Assembly (NCBI RefSeq): GCF_009914755.1
Contig: NC_060933.1
Source: the human T2T-CHM13v2.0 reference genome, Homo sapiens
Strand: one strand, 5' to 3'
Length of the DNA stretch: 64,000 nt
Shown here one piece after another: positions 12,160 to 25,399 of the stretch (position 1 is the stretch's first letter; each line of letters begins with the position of its first letter). Made by a program: the position numbers and the translations under genes. The notes under the pieces are model-generated. The model ran no database searches and was not told where the DNA came from. It saw only the letters and a list, made by a program, of their open reading frames with translations.

Positions 12160-15100
12160 GTTGATTCCATTCCATTCCATTCCATTCCATTCCATTCCGG
12201 ATGATTCCATTCCATTCCATTGCATTCCATTCCATTCCATTCCATTCCATTTCGTTCCATTCCATTCTATTCCGTATCATTCCATTCCATTCCATTCCAT
12301 TCCATTCCATTCCATTCCATTGTACTCGGGTTGATTCAATTCCATTGCATTCCATTCCATTCCATTCCATTCCATTCAATTCCATTCCATTACAATTCGT
12401 TCCATTCCATTCTATTCCGTACCATTCCATTCCATTCCATACCATTCCATTCCATTCCATTCCATTCCATTCCGTTCCATTCCGTTCCATTGCATTCCAT
12501 TCCATTCTATTCGGATTAATTCCATTCCATTCCATTCCATTCCATTCCATTCCATTCCGTTCCATTCCGTTCCGTTCCATTCCATTCCATTCCATTCCAT
12601 TCCATTCCATTCTGTTCCGTTCCATTCCATTCCATTCCATTCTATTCGGGTTAATTCCATTCCATTCCATTCGATTGCAATCGAGTTGATTCCATTCCAT
12701 TCCATTGCTTTCCATTCCATTACGGATGATTCCATTCCATTGCATTCCATTCCATTCCATTCCCCTGTACTCGGGTTGATTCCATTCCATTCCATTCCAA
12801 TCCATGCCATTCCACTCGTGTTGATTCCATTCTTTCCATTCCATTCAAGTTGAATCCATTCCATTGCATTCCATTCCATTCGATTCCATTCGATTGCACT
12901 CGGGTTGATTCCATTCCATTACATTCCATTGCATTCCATTCCATTCCATTCCATTCCATTCCGTTCCATTCCATTCCATTACATTCGGATTGATTCTATT
13001 CAATTCCCTTACACTCCATTACATTCCATTCCATTCGGGTAGTTTCCATTCCATTCCATTCCATTCCTCTCCATTCCATTGCACTTGGGTTGATTCGATT
13101 CCATTGCATTCCATTCCATTCCATTCAATTCCATTCCGTTCCATTCCATTCCATTACATTCGGATTGATTCTATTCAACTCCCTTACTCTCCATTACATT
13201 CCATTCCATTCGGGTTGTTCTATTCCATTCCATTCCATTCCACTCCATTCCATTGCACTCGGGTTGATTCCATTCCATTCCATTCCAATCCATGCCATTC
13301 CACTCGTGTTGATTCCATTCTTTCCATTCCATTCAAGTGGAATCCATTCCATTGCATTCCATTGCATTCCATTCCCCTGCAGTCGGTTTTTTTCCATTCC
13401 ATTCCATTCCATTCCATTCCATTCCATTCCATTCCGTTCCGTTCCGTTCCATTCCATTCCATTCCATTCTATTCGGGTTAATTCCATTTCATTCCATTCC
13501 ATTCCATTCCATTCCATTCCAATCGAGTTGATTCCATTCCATTCCATTCCATTCCATTCCACTCCATTCCAGTCCTTTCCATTCCATTCCACTCGGGTTG
13601 ATTCCAATGTATTCCTTTCCATTCCATTCCATTCCATTGCAATCTAGTTGATTCCATTGCTTTGCATTCCATTCCATTCCATTCCATTCCGGATGATTCC
13701 ATTCCATTGCATTCCATTCCATTCCATTCCCCTGCACTCGGGTTGATTCCATTCCATTCCACTCCATTCCGTTCCATTCCATTCCATTGCATTGTATTCG
13801 GGTTAATTCCATTCCATTCCATTCCATTCCATTCCATTGCATTACAATCGAGTTGATTCCATTCCATTCCATACCATTCCAGTCCTTTCCATTCTATTCC
13901 TCTCGGGTTGATTCCATTCTATTAGTTTCCATTCCATTCCATTCCCTTCCATTCCACTCTGGTTGATTCCATTCCTTTCCATTCCACTCGAATACATTCC
14001 CTCCTATTCCACTCGGAACGATTCCATTCCATTCTATTCCATTCCATTCCATTCCATTCCATTCCATTCCATTTCGTTCCATTCCATTCTATTCCGTATC
14101 ATTCCATTCCATTCCATTCCATTCCATTCCATTCCATTCCATTCCATTGTACTCGGGTTGATTCAATTCCATTGCATTCCATTCCATTCCATTCCATTCC
14201 ATTCCGTTGCATTCCATTCCATTACATTCGGATTGATTCTATTCAACACCCTTACTCTCCATTACATTCCATTCCATTCGGGTTGTTCCATTCCATTCCA
14301 TTACATTCCACTCCATTCCATTGCACTCGGGTTGATTCCATTCCATTCCATTCCATTCCATTCCATTCCATTCCATTCCGGATGATTCCATTCCATTGCA
14401 TTCCGTTCCATTACATTCCCCTGCTCTCGCGTTGATTCCATTCCATTCCATTCCATTCCATTCCATTCCATTCCATTGTACTCGGGTTGATTCCATTCCA
14501 TTGCATTCCATTCCATTCCATACCATTCCATTCCATTCCTTTCCATTCCGTTCCATTCCGTTCCATTCCATTCCATTCCATTCTATTCGAATTAATTTCA
14601 TTCCATTCCATTCCATTCCATTCTATTCCATCCCATTGCAATCGAGTTGAATCCATTGCATTTCATTCCATTCCATTCCATTCCATTCCATTCTGGAAGA
14701 TTCCATTCCATTGCATTCCATTCCATTCCATTCCCCTGCACTCGCGTTGATTCCATTCCATTCCATTCCATTCCATTCCGTTCCGTTCCATTCCATTCCA
14801 TTCCATTCCATTCCGTTCCGTTCCATTTCATTCCATTCCATTCTATTCGGGTTAATTCCATTCCATTCCATTCGACTGCAATCGAGTTGATTCCATTCCA
14901 TTCCATTCCATTCCATTCCTTTCCATTCCATTCCATTCCATTCCTTTCCATTCCATTATGGATGATTCCATTCCATTGCATTCCATTCCATTCCATTCCC
15001 CTGTACTCGGGTTGATTCCATTCCATTCCATTCCAATCCATGCCATTCCACTCGTGTTGATTCCATTCTTTCCATTCCATTCAAGTTGAATCCATTCCAT

Positions 15101-18100
15101 TGCATTCCATTCAATTCGATTCCATTCGATTGCACTCGGGTTGATTCCATTCCATTGCATTCCATTCCATTCCTTTCCATTCCATTCCATTCCGTTCCAT
15201 TCCATTCCTTTACATTCGGATTGATTCCATTCAATTCCCTTACACTCCATTACATTCCATTCCATTCGGGTAGTTTCCATTCCATTCCATTCCATTCCAT
15301 TCCTCTCCATTCCATTGCACTCGGGTTGATTCCATTCCATTGCATTCCATTCCATTCCATTCAATTCCATTCCGTTCCATTCCATTCCATTACATTCGGA
15401 TTGATTCTATTCAACTCCCTTACTCTCCGTTACATTCCATTCCATTCGGGTTGTTCCATTCCATTCCATTCCACTCCATTCCATTGCACTCGGGTTGATT
15501 CCATTCCATTCCATTCCATTCCATTCCATTCCGGAAGATTCCATTCCATTGCATTCCATTCCATTCCATTCCCCTGCACTCGCGTTGATTCCATTCCATT
15601 CCATTCCATTCCATTCCATTCCATTCCATTCCATTCCATTCCTTTCCGTTCCATTCCATTCCATTCCATTCCAATCCACTCCATTCCGTTCCGTTCCGTT
15701 CCGTTCCATTTCATTCCATTCCATTCTATTCGGGTTAATTCCATTCCATTCCATTCGATTGCAATCGAGTTGTTTCCATTCCATTCTATTCCATTCCATT
15801 CCATTCCATTCCATTCCATTCCATTCCTTTCCATTCCATTGCATTACGGATGATTCCATTCCATTGCATTCCATTCCATTCCATTCCCCTGTACTCGGGT
15901 TGATTCCATTCCATTCCATTCCAATCCATGCCATTCCACTCGTGTTGATTCCATTCTTTCCATTCCATTCAAGTTGAATCCATTCCATTGCATTCCATTC
16001 CATTCCATTCCCCTGCAGTCGGGTTGATTCCATTCCATTCCATTCCATTCCATTCCATTCCGGATGATTCCATTCCATTCCATTGCATTCCATTCCATTC
16101 CATTCCATTCCATTTCGTTCCATTCCATTCTATTCCGTATCATTCCATTCCATTCCATTCCATTCCATTCCATTCCATTCCATTGTACTCGGGTTGATTC
16201 AATTCCATTGCATTCCATTCCATTCCATTCCATTCCATTCAATTCCATTCCATTACAATTCGTTCCATTCCATTCTATTCCGTACCATTCCATTCCATTC
16301 CATACCATTCCATTCCATTCCATTCCATTCCATTCCGTTCCATTCCGTTCCATTGCATTCCATTCCATTCTATTCGGATTAATTCCATTCCATTCCATTC
16401 CATTCCATTCCATTCCATTCCATTCCGTTCCATTCCGTTCCGTTCCATTCCATTCCATTCCATTCCATTCCATTCCATTCCATTCTGTTCCGTTCCATTC
16501 CATTCCATTCCATTCTATTCGGGTTAATTCCATTCCATTCCATTCGATTGCAATCGAGTTGATTCCATTCCATTCCATTGCTTTCCATTCCATTACGGAT
16601 GATTCCATTCCATTGCATTCCATTCCATTCCATTCCCCTGTACTCGGGTTGATTCCATTCCATTCCATTCCAATCCATGCCATTCCACTCGTGTTGATTC
16701 CATTCTTTCCATTCCATTCAAGTTGAATCCATTCCATTGCATTCCATTCCATTCGATTCCATTCGATTGCACTCGGGTTGATTCCATTCCATTACATTCC
16801 ATTGCATTCCATTCCATTCCATTCCATTCCATTCCGTTCCATTCCATTCCATTACATTCGGATTGATTCTATTCAATTCCCTTACACTCCATTACATTCC
16901 ATTCCATTCGGGTAGTTTCCATTCCATTCCATTCCATTCCTCTCCATTCCATTGCACTTGGGTTGATTCGATTCCATTGCATTCCATTCCATTCCATTCA
17001 ATTCCATTCCGTTCCATTCCATTCCATTACATTCGGATTGATTCTATTCAACTCCCTTACTCTCCATTACATTCCATTCCATTCGGGTTGTTCTATTCCA
17101 TTCCATTGCATTCCACTCCATTCCATTGCACTCGGGTTGATTCCATTCCATTCCATTCCAATCCATGCCATTCCACTCGTGTTGATTCCATTCTTTCCAT
17201 TCCATTCAAGTGGAATCCATTCCATTGCATTCCATTGCATTCCATTCCCCTGCAGTCGGTTTTTTTCCATTCCATTCCATTCCATTCCATTCCATTCCAT
17301 TCCATTCCGTTCCGTTCCGTTCCATTCCATTCCATTCCATTCTATTCGGGTTAATTCCATTTCATTCCATTCCATTCCATTCCATTCCATTCCAATCGAG
17401 TTGATTCCATTCCATTCCATTCCATTCCATTCCACTCCATTCCAGTCCTTTCCATTCCATTCCACTCGGGTTGATTCCAATGTATTCCTTTCCATTCCAT
17501 TCCATTCCATTGCAATCTAGTTGATTCCATTGCTTTGCATTCCATTCCATTCCATTCCATTCCGGATGATTCCATTCCATTGCATTCCATTCCATTCCAT
17601 TCCCCTGCACTCGGGTTGATTCCATTCCATTCCACTCCATTCCGTTCCATTCCATTCCATTGCATTGTATTCGGGTTAATTCCATTCCATTCCATTCCAT
17701 TCCATTCCATTGCATTACAATCGAGTTGATTCCATTCCATTCCATACCATTCCAGTCCTTTCCATTCTATTCCTCTCGGGTTGATTCCATTCTATTAGTT
17801 TCCATTCCATTCCATTCCCTTCCATTCCACTCTGGTTGATTCCATTCCTTTCCATTCCACTCGAATACATTCCCTCCTATTCCACTCGGAACGATTCCAT
17901 TCCATTCTATTCCATTCCATTCCATTCCATTCCATTCCATTCCATTTCGTTCCATTCCATTCTATTCCGTATCATTCCATTCCATTCCATTCCATTCCAT
18001 TCCATTCCATTCCATTCCATTGTACTCGGGTTGATTCAATTCCATTGCATTCCATTCCATTCCATTCCATTCCATTCCGTTGCATTCCATTCCATTACAT

Positions 18101-21100
18101 TCGGATTGATTCTATTCAACACCCTTACTCTCCATTACATTCCATTCCATTCGGGTTGTTCCATTCCATTCCATTACATTCCACTCCATTCCATTGCACT
18201 CGGGTTGATTCCATTCCATTCCATTCCATTCCATTCCATTCCATTCCATTCCGGATGATTCCATTCCATTGCATTCCGTTCCATTACATTCCCCTGCTCT
18301 CGCGTTGATTCCATTCCATTCCATTCCATTCCATTCCATTCCATTCCATTGTACTCGGGTTGATTCCATTCCATTGCATTCCATTCCATTCCATACCATT
18401 CCATTCCATTCCTTTCCATTCCGTTCCATTCCGTTCCATTCCATTCCATTCCATTCTATTCGAATTAATTTCATTCCATTCCATTCCATTCCATTCTATT
18501 CCATCCCATTGCAATCGAGTTGAATCCATTGCATTTCATTCCATTCCATTCCATTCCATTCCATTCTGGAAGATTCCATTCCATTGCATTCCATTCCATT
18601 CCATTCCCCTGCACTCGCGTTGATTCCATTCCATTCCATTCCATTCCATTCCGTTCCGTTCCATTCCATTCCATTCCATTCCATTCCGTTCCGTTCCATT
18701 TCATTCCATTCCATTCTATTCGGGTTAATTCCATTCCATTCCATTCGACTGCAATCGAGTTGATTCCATTCCATTCCATTCCATTCCATTCCTTTCCATT
18801 CCATTCCATTCCATTCCTTTCCATTCCATTATGGATGATTCCATTCCATTGCATTCCATTCCATTCCATTCCCCTGTACTCGGGTTGATTCCATTCCATT
18901 CCATTCCAATCCATGCCATTCCACTCGTGTTGATTCCATTCTTTCCATTCCATTCAAGTTGAATCCATTCCATTGCATTCCATTCAATTCGATTCCATTC
19001 GATTGCACTCGGGTTGATTCCATTCCATTGCATTCCATTCCATTCCTTTCCATTCCATTCCATTCCGTTCCATTCCATTCCTTTACATTCGGATTGATTC
19101 CATTCAATTCCCTTACACTCCATTACATTCCATTCCATTCGGGTAGTTTCCATTCCATTCCATTCCATTCCATTCCTCTCCATTCCATTGCACTCGGGTT
19201 GATTCCATTCCATTGCATTCCATTCCATTCCATTCAATTCCATTCCGTTCCATTCCATTCCATTACATTCGGATTGATTCTATTCAACTCCCTTACTCTC
19301 CGTTACATTCCATTCCATTCGGGTTGTTCCATTCCATTCCATTCCACTCCATTCCATTGCACTCGGGTTGATTCCATTCCATTCCATTCCATTCCATTCC
19401 ATTCCGGAAGATTCCATTCCATTGCATTCCATTCCATTCCATTCCCCTGCACTCGCGTTGATTCCATTCCATTCCATTCCATTCCATTCCATTCCATTCC
19501 ATTCCATTCCTTTCCGTTCCATTCCATTCCATTCCATTCCAATCCACTCCATTCCGTTCCGTTCCGTTCCGTTCCATTTCATTCCATTCCATTCTATTCG
19601 GGTTAATTCCATTCCATTCCATTCGATTGCAATCGAGTTGTTTCCATTCCATTCTATTCCATTCCATTCCATTCCATTCCATTCCATTCCATTCCTTTCC
19701 ATTCCATTGCATTACGGATGATTCCATTCCATTGCATTCCATTCCATTCCATTCCCCTGTACTCGGGTTGATTCCATTCCATTCCATTCCAATCCATGCC
19801 ATTCCACTCGTGTTGATTCCATTCTTTCCATTCCATTCAAGTTGAATCCATTCCATTGCATTCCATTCCATTCCATTCCCCTGCAGTCGGGTTGATTCCA
19901 TTCCATTCCATTCCATTCCATTCCATTCCGGATGATTCCATTCCATTCCATTGCATTCCATTCCATTCCATTCCATTCCATTTCGTTCCATTCCATTCTA
20001 TTCCGTATCATTCCATTCCATTCCATTCCATTCCATTCCATTCCATTCCATTGTACTCGGGTTGATTCAATTCCATTGCATTCCATTCCATTCCATTCCA
20101 TTCCATTCAATTCCATTCCATTACAATTCGTTCCATTCCATTCTATTCCGTACCATTCCATTCCATTCCATACCATTCCATTCCATTCCATTCCATTCCA
20201 TTCCGTTCCATTCCGTTCCATTGCATTCCATTCCATTCTATTCGGATTAATTCCATTCCATTCCATTCCATTCCATTCCATTCCATTCCATTCCATTCCG
20301 TTCCATTCCGTTCCGTTCCATTCCATTCCATTCCATTCCATTCCATTCCATTCCATTCTGTTCCGTTCCATTCCATTCCATTCCATTCTATTCGGGTTAA
20401 TTCCATTCCATTCCATTCGATTGCAATCGAGTTGATTCCATTCCATTCCATTGCTTTCCATTCCATTACGGATGATTCCATTCCATTGCATTCCATTCCA
20501 TTCCATTCCCCTGTACTCGGGTTGATTCCATTCCATTCCATTCCAATCCATGCCATTCCACTCGTGTTGATTCCATTCTTTCCATTCCATTCAAGTTGAA
20601 TCCATTCCATTGCATTCCATTCCATTCGATTCCATTCGATTGCACTCGGGTTGATTCCATTCCATTACATTCCATTGCATTCCATTCCATTCCATTCCAT
20701 TCCATTCCGTTCCATTCCATTCCATTACATTCGGATTGATTCTATTCAATTCCCTTACACTCCATTACATTCCATTCCATTCGGGTAGTTTCCATTCCAT
20801 TCCATTCCATTCCTCTCCATTCCATTGCACTTGGGTTGATTCGATTCCATTGCATTCCATTCCATTCCATTCAATTCCATTCCGTTCCATTCCATTCCAT
20901 TACATTCGGATTGATTCTATTCAACTCCCTTACTCTCCATTACATTCCATTCCATTCGGGTTGTTCTATTCCATTCCATTGCATTCCACTCCATTCCATT
21001 GCACTCGGGTTGATTCCATTCCATTCCATTCCAATCCATGCCATTCCACTCGTGTTGATTCCATTCTTTCCATTCCATTCAAGTGGAATCCATTCCATTG

Positions 21101-23830
21101 CATTCCATTGCATTCCATTCCCCTGCAGTCGGTTTTTTTCCATTCCATTCCATTCCATTCCATTCCATTCCATTCCATTCCGTTCCGTTCCGTTCCATTC
21201 CATTCCATTCCATTCTATTCGGGTTAATTCCATTTCATTCCATTCCATTCCATTCCATTCCATTCCAATCGAGTTGATTCCATTCCATTCCATTCCATTC
21301 CATTCCACTCCATTCCAGTCCTTTCCATTCCATTCCACTCGGGTTGATTCCAATGTATTCCTTTCCATTCCATTCCATTCCATTGCAATCTAGTTGATTC
21401 CATTGCTTTGCATTCCATTCCATTCCATTCCATTCCGGATGATTCCATTCCATTGCATTCCATTCCATTCCATTCCCCTGCACTCGGGTTGATTCCATTC
21501 CATTCCACTCCATTCCGTTCCATTCCATTCCATTGCATTGTATTCGGGTTAATTCCATTCCATTCCATTCCATTCCATTCCATTGCATTACAATCGAGTT
21601 GATTCCATTCCATTCCATACCATTCCAGTCCTTTCCATTCTATTCCTCTCGGGTTGATTCCATTCTATTAGTTTCCATTCCATTCCATTCCCTTCCATTC
21701 CACTCTGGTTGATTCCATTCCTTTCCATTCCACTCGAATACATTCCCTCCTATTCCACTCGGAACGATTCCATTCCATTCCATTCCATTCCATTCCATTC
21801 CATTCCATTCCATTCCATTCCATTTCGTTCCATTCCATTCTATTCCGTATCATTCCATTCCATTCCATTCCATTCCATTCCATTCCATTCCATTCCATTG
21901 TACTCGGGTTGATTCAATTCCATTGCATTCCATTCCATTCCATTCCATTCCATTCCGTTGCATTCCATTCCATTACATTCGGATTGATTCTATTCAACAC
22001 CCTTACTCTCCATTACATTCCATTCCATTCGGGTTGTTCCATTCCATTCCATTACATTCCACTCCATTCCATTGCACTCGGGTTGATTCCATTCCATTCC
22101 ATTCCATTCCATTCCATTCCATTCCATTCCATTCCGGATGATTCCATTCCATTGCATTCCGTTCCATTACATTCCCCTGCTCTCGCGTTGATTCCATTCC
22201 ATTCCATTCCATTCCATTCCATTCCATTCCATTCCATTCCATTGTACTCGGGTTGATTCCATTCCATTGCATTCCATTCCATTCCATACCATTCCATTCC
22301 ATTCCTTTCCATTCCGTTCCATTCCGTTCCATTCCATTCCATTCCATTCTATTCGAATTAATTTCATTCCATTCCATTCCATTCCATTCTATTCCATCCC
22401 ATTGCAATCGAGTTGAATCCATTGCATTTCATTCCATTCCATTCCATTCCATTCCATTCTGGAAGATTCCATTCCATTGCATTCCATTCCATTCCATTCC
22501 CCTGCACTCGCGTTGATTCCATTCCATTCCATTCCATTCCATTCCGTTCCGTTCCATTCCATTCCATTCCATTCCATTCCGTTCCGTTCCATTTCATTCC
22601 ATTCCATTCTATTCGGGTTAATTCCATTCCATTCCATTCGACTGCAATCGAGTTGATTCCATTCCATTCCATTCCATTCCATTCCTTTCCATTCCATTCC
22701 ATTCCATTCCTTTCCATTCCATTATGGATGATTCCATTCCATTGCATTCCATTCCATTCCATTCCCCTGTACTCGGGTTGATTCCATTCCATTCCATTCC
22801 AATCCATGCCATTCCACTCGTGTTGATTCCATTCTTTCCATTCCATTCAAGTTGAATCCATTCCATTGCATTCCATTCAATTCGATTCCATTCGATTGCA
22901 CTCGGGTTGATTCCATTCCATTGCATTCCATTCCATTCCTTTCCATTCCATTCCATTCCGTTCCATTCCATTCCTTTACATTCGGATTGATTCCATTCAA
23001 TTCCCTTACACTCCATTACATTCCATTCCATTCGGGTAGTTTCCATTCCATTCCATTCCATTCCATTCCTCTCCATTCCATTGCACTCGGGTTGATTCCA
23101 TTCCATTGCATTCCATTCCATTCCATTCAATTCCATTCCGTTCCATTCCATTCCATTACATTCGGATTGATTCTATTCAACTCCCTTACTCTCCGTTACA
23201 TTCCATTCCATTCGGGTTGTTCCATTCCATTCCATTCCACTCCATTCCATTGCACTCGGGTTGATTCCATTCCATTCCATTCCATTCCATTCCATTCCAT
23301 TCCATTCCATTCCGGAAGATTCCATTCCATTGCATTCCATTCCATTCCATTCCCCTACACTCGCGTTGATTCCATTCCATTCCATTCCATTCCATTCCAT
23401 TCCATTCCATTCCATTCCTTTCCGTTCCATTCCATTCCATTCCATTCCAATCCATTCCATTCCGTTCCGTTCCGTTCCGTTCCATTTCATTCCATTCCAT
23501 TCTATTCGGGTTAATTCCATTCCATTCCATTCGATTGCAATCGAGTTGTTTCCATTCCATTCTATTCCATTCCATTCCATTCCATTCCATTCCATTCCAT
23601 TCCTTTCCATTCCATTGCATTACGGATGATTCCATTCCATTGCATTCCATTCCATTCCATTCCCCTGTACTCGGGTTGATTCCATTCCATTCCATTCCAA
23701 TCCATGCCATTCCACTCGTGTTGATTCCATTCTTTCCATTCCATTCAAGTTGAATCCATTCCATTGCATTCCATTCCATTCCATTCCCCTGCAGTCGGGT
23801 TGATTCCATTCCATTCCATTCCATTCCATT
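12160..23830 (-). repeat. Near-identical tandem triplication, period 3873 bp (copies ~12160-16022, ~16023-19890, ~19891-23830)
   Basis: Identical or near-identical ORF translations at 12990/16863/20736 and 13478/17351/21224. Private words AGTCGGTTTTTTTCC, CGAATTAATTTC and ATTATGGATG each occur once per copy. Confidence 0.95.
15528..15542. promoter_or_regulatory. Perfect HSE (aTTCc gGAAg aTTCc); also at 19401, 23309, 25931, 26798, 28611, 30398, 31506, 37515, 41445, 44889, 47905, 51861 and 53285
   Basis: Exact consensus match. Function is untested. Confidence 0.55.
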
Positions 23831-25399
23831 CCATTCCATTCCGTTCCATTCCATTCCATTCCATTCCATTCTATTCGGGTTAATTCCATTCCATTCTATT
23901 CCATTCCATTCCAATCGAGTTGATTCCATTCCATTCCATTCCATTCCATTCCACTCCATTCCAGTCCTTTCCATTCCATTCCACTCGGGTTGATTCCAAT
24001 ATATTCCTTTCCATTCCATTCCATTCCATTGCAATCGAGTTGATTCCATTGCTTTGCATTCCATTCCATTCCATTCCATTCCGGATGATTCCATTCCATT
24101 GTATTCCATTCCATTCCATTCCCCTACACTCGGGTTGATTCCATTCCATTCCACTCCATTCCGTTCCATTCCATTCCATTCCATTGTATTCAGGTTAATT
24201 CCATTCCATTCCATTCCATTCCATTCCATTACAATCGAGTTGATTCCATTCCATTCCATTGCATTCGAGTCCTTTCCATTCCATTCCACTCGGGTTGATT
24301 CCATTCTATTAGTTTCCATTCCATTCCATTCCCTTCCATTCCACTCTGGTTGATACCATTCCTTTCCATTCCACTCGAATACATTCCCTCCTATTCCACT
24401 CGGAACGATTCCATTCCATTCCATTCCATTCCATTCCATTCCATTCCATTTCGTTCCATTCCATTCTATTCCGTATCATTCCATTCCATTCCATTCCATT
24501 CCATTCCATTCCATTCCATTCCATTGTACTCGGGTTGATTCAATTCCATTGCATTCCATTCCATTCCATTCCATTCCATTCCATTCCGTTGCATTCCATT
24601 CCATTACATTCGGATTCATTCTATTCAATTCCCTTACTCTCCATTACATTCCATTGCACTCGGGTTGATTCCATTCCATTCCATTCCATTCCATTCCATT
24701 CCATTCCATTCCGGATGATTCCATTCCATTGCATTCCATTCCATTACATTCCCCTGCACTCGCGTTGATTCCATTCCATTCCATTCCATTCCATTCCATT
24801 CCGTTCCGTTCTGTTCCGTTCCATTCCATTCCATTCTCTTCGGATTAATTCCATTCCATTCCATTCCATTCCATTCTATTCCATTCCATTGCAATCGAGT
24901 TGAATCCATTGCATTTCATTCCATTCCATTCCATTCTGGAAGATTCCATTCCATTGCTTTCCATTCCATTCCATTCCCCTGCACTCGCGTTGATTCCATT
25001 CCATTCCATTCCATTCCATTCCATTCCGTTCCGTTCCGTTCCATTCCATTCCATTCCATTCCATTCCGTTCCGTTCCATTCCATTCCATTCCATTCCATT
25101 CTATTCGGGTTAATTCCATTCCATTCCATTCGATTGCAATCGAGTTGATTCCATTCCATTCCATTCCATTCCATTCCATTCCATTCCATTCCATTCCTTT
25201 CCATTCCATTACGGATGATTACATTGCATTGCATTCCATTCCATTCCATTCCCCTGTACTCGGGTTGATTCCATTCCATTCCATTCCAATCCATGCCATT
25301 CCACTCGTGTTGATTCCATTCTTTCCATTCCATTCAACTTGAATCCATTCCATTGCATTCCATTCCTTTCGATTCCATTCTGTTGCACTCGGGTTGATT

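Noticed and set aside
13381-13395. T7 tract as a terminator or retro-insertion tail
   Set aside because: It is an in-phase substitution variant of GGGTTGATTCC, with no inserted sequence or upstream RNA gene.
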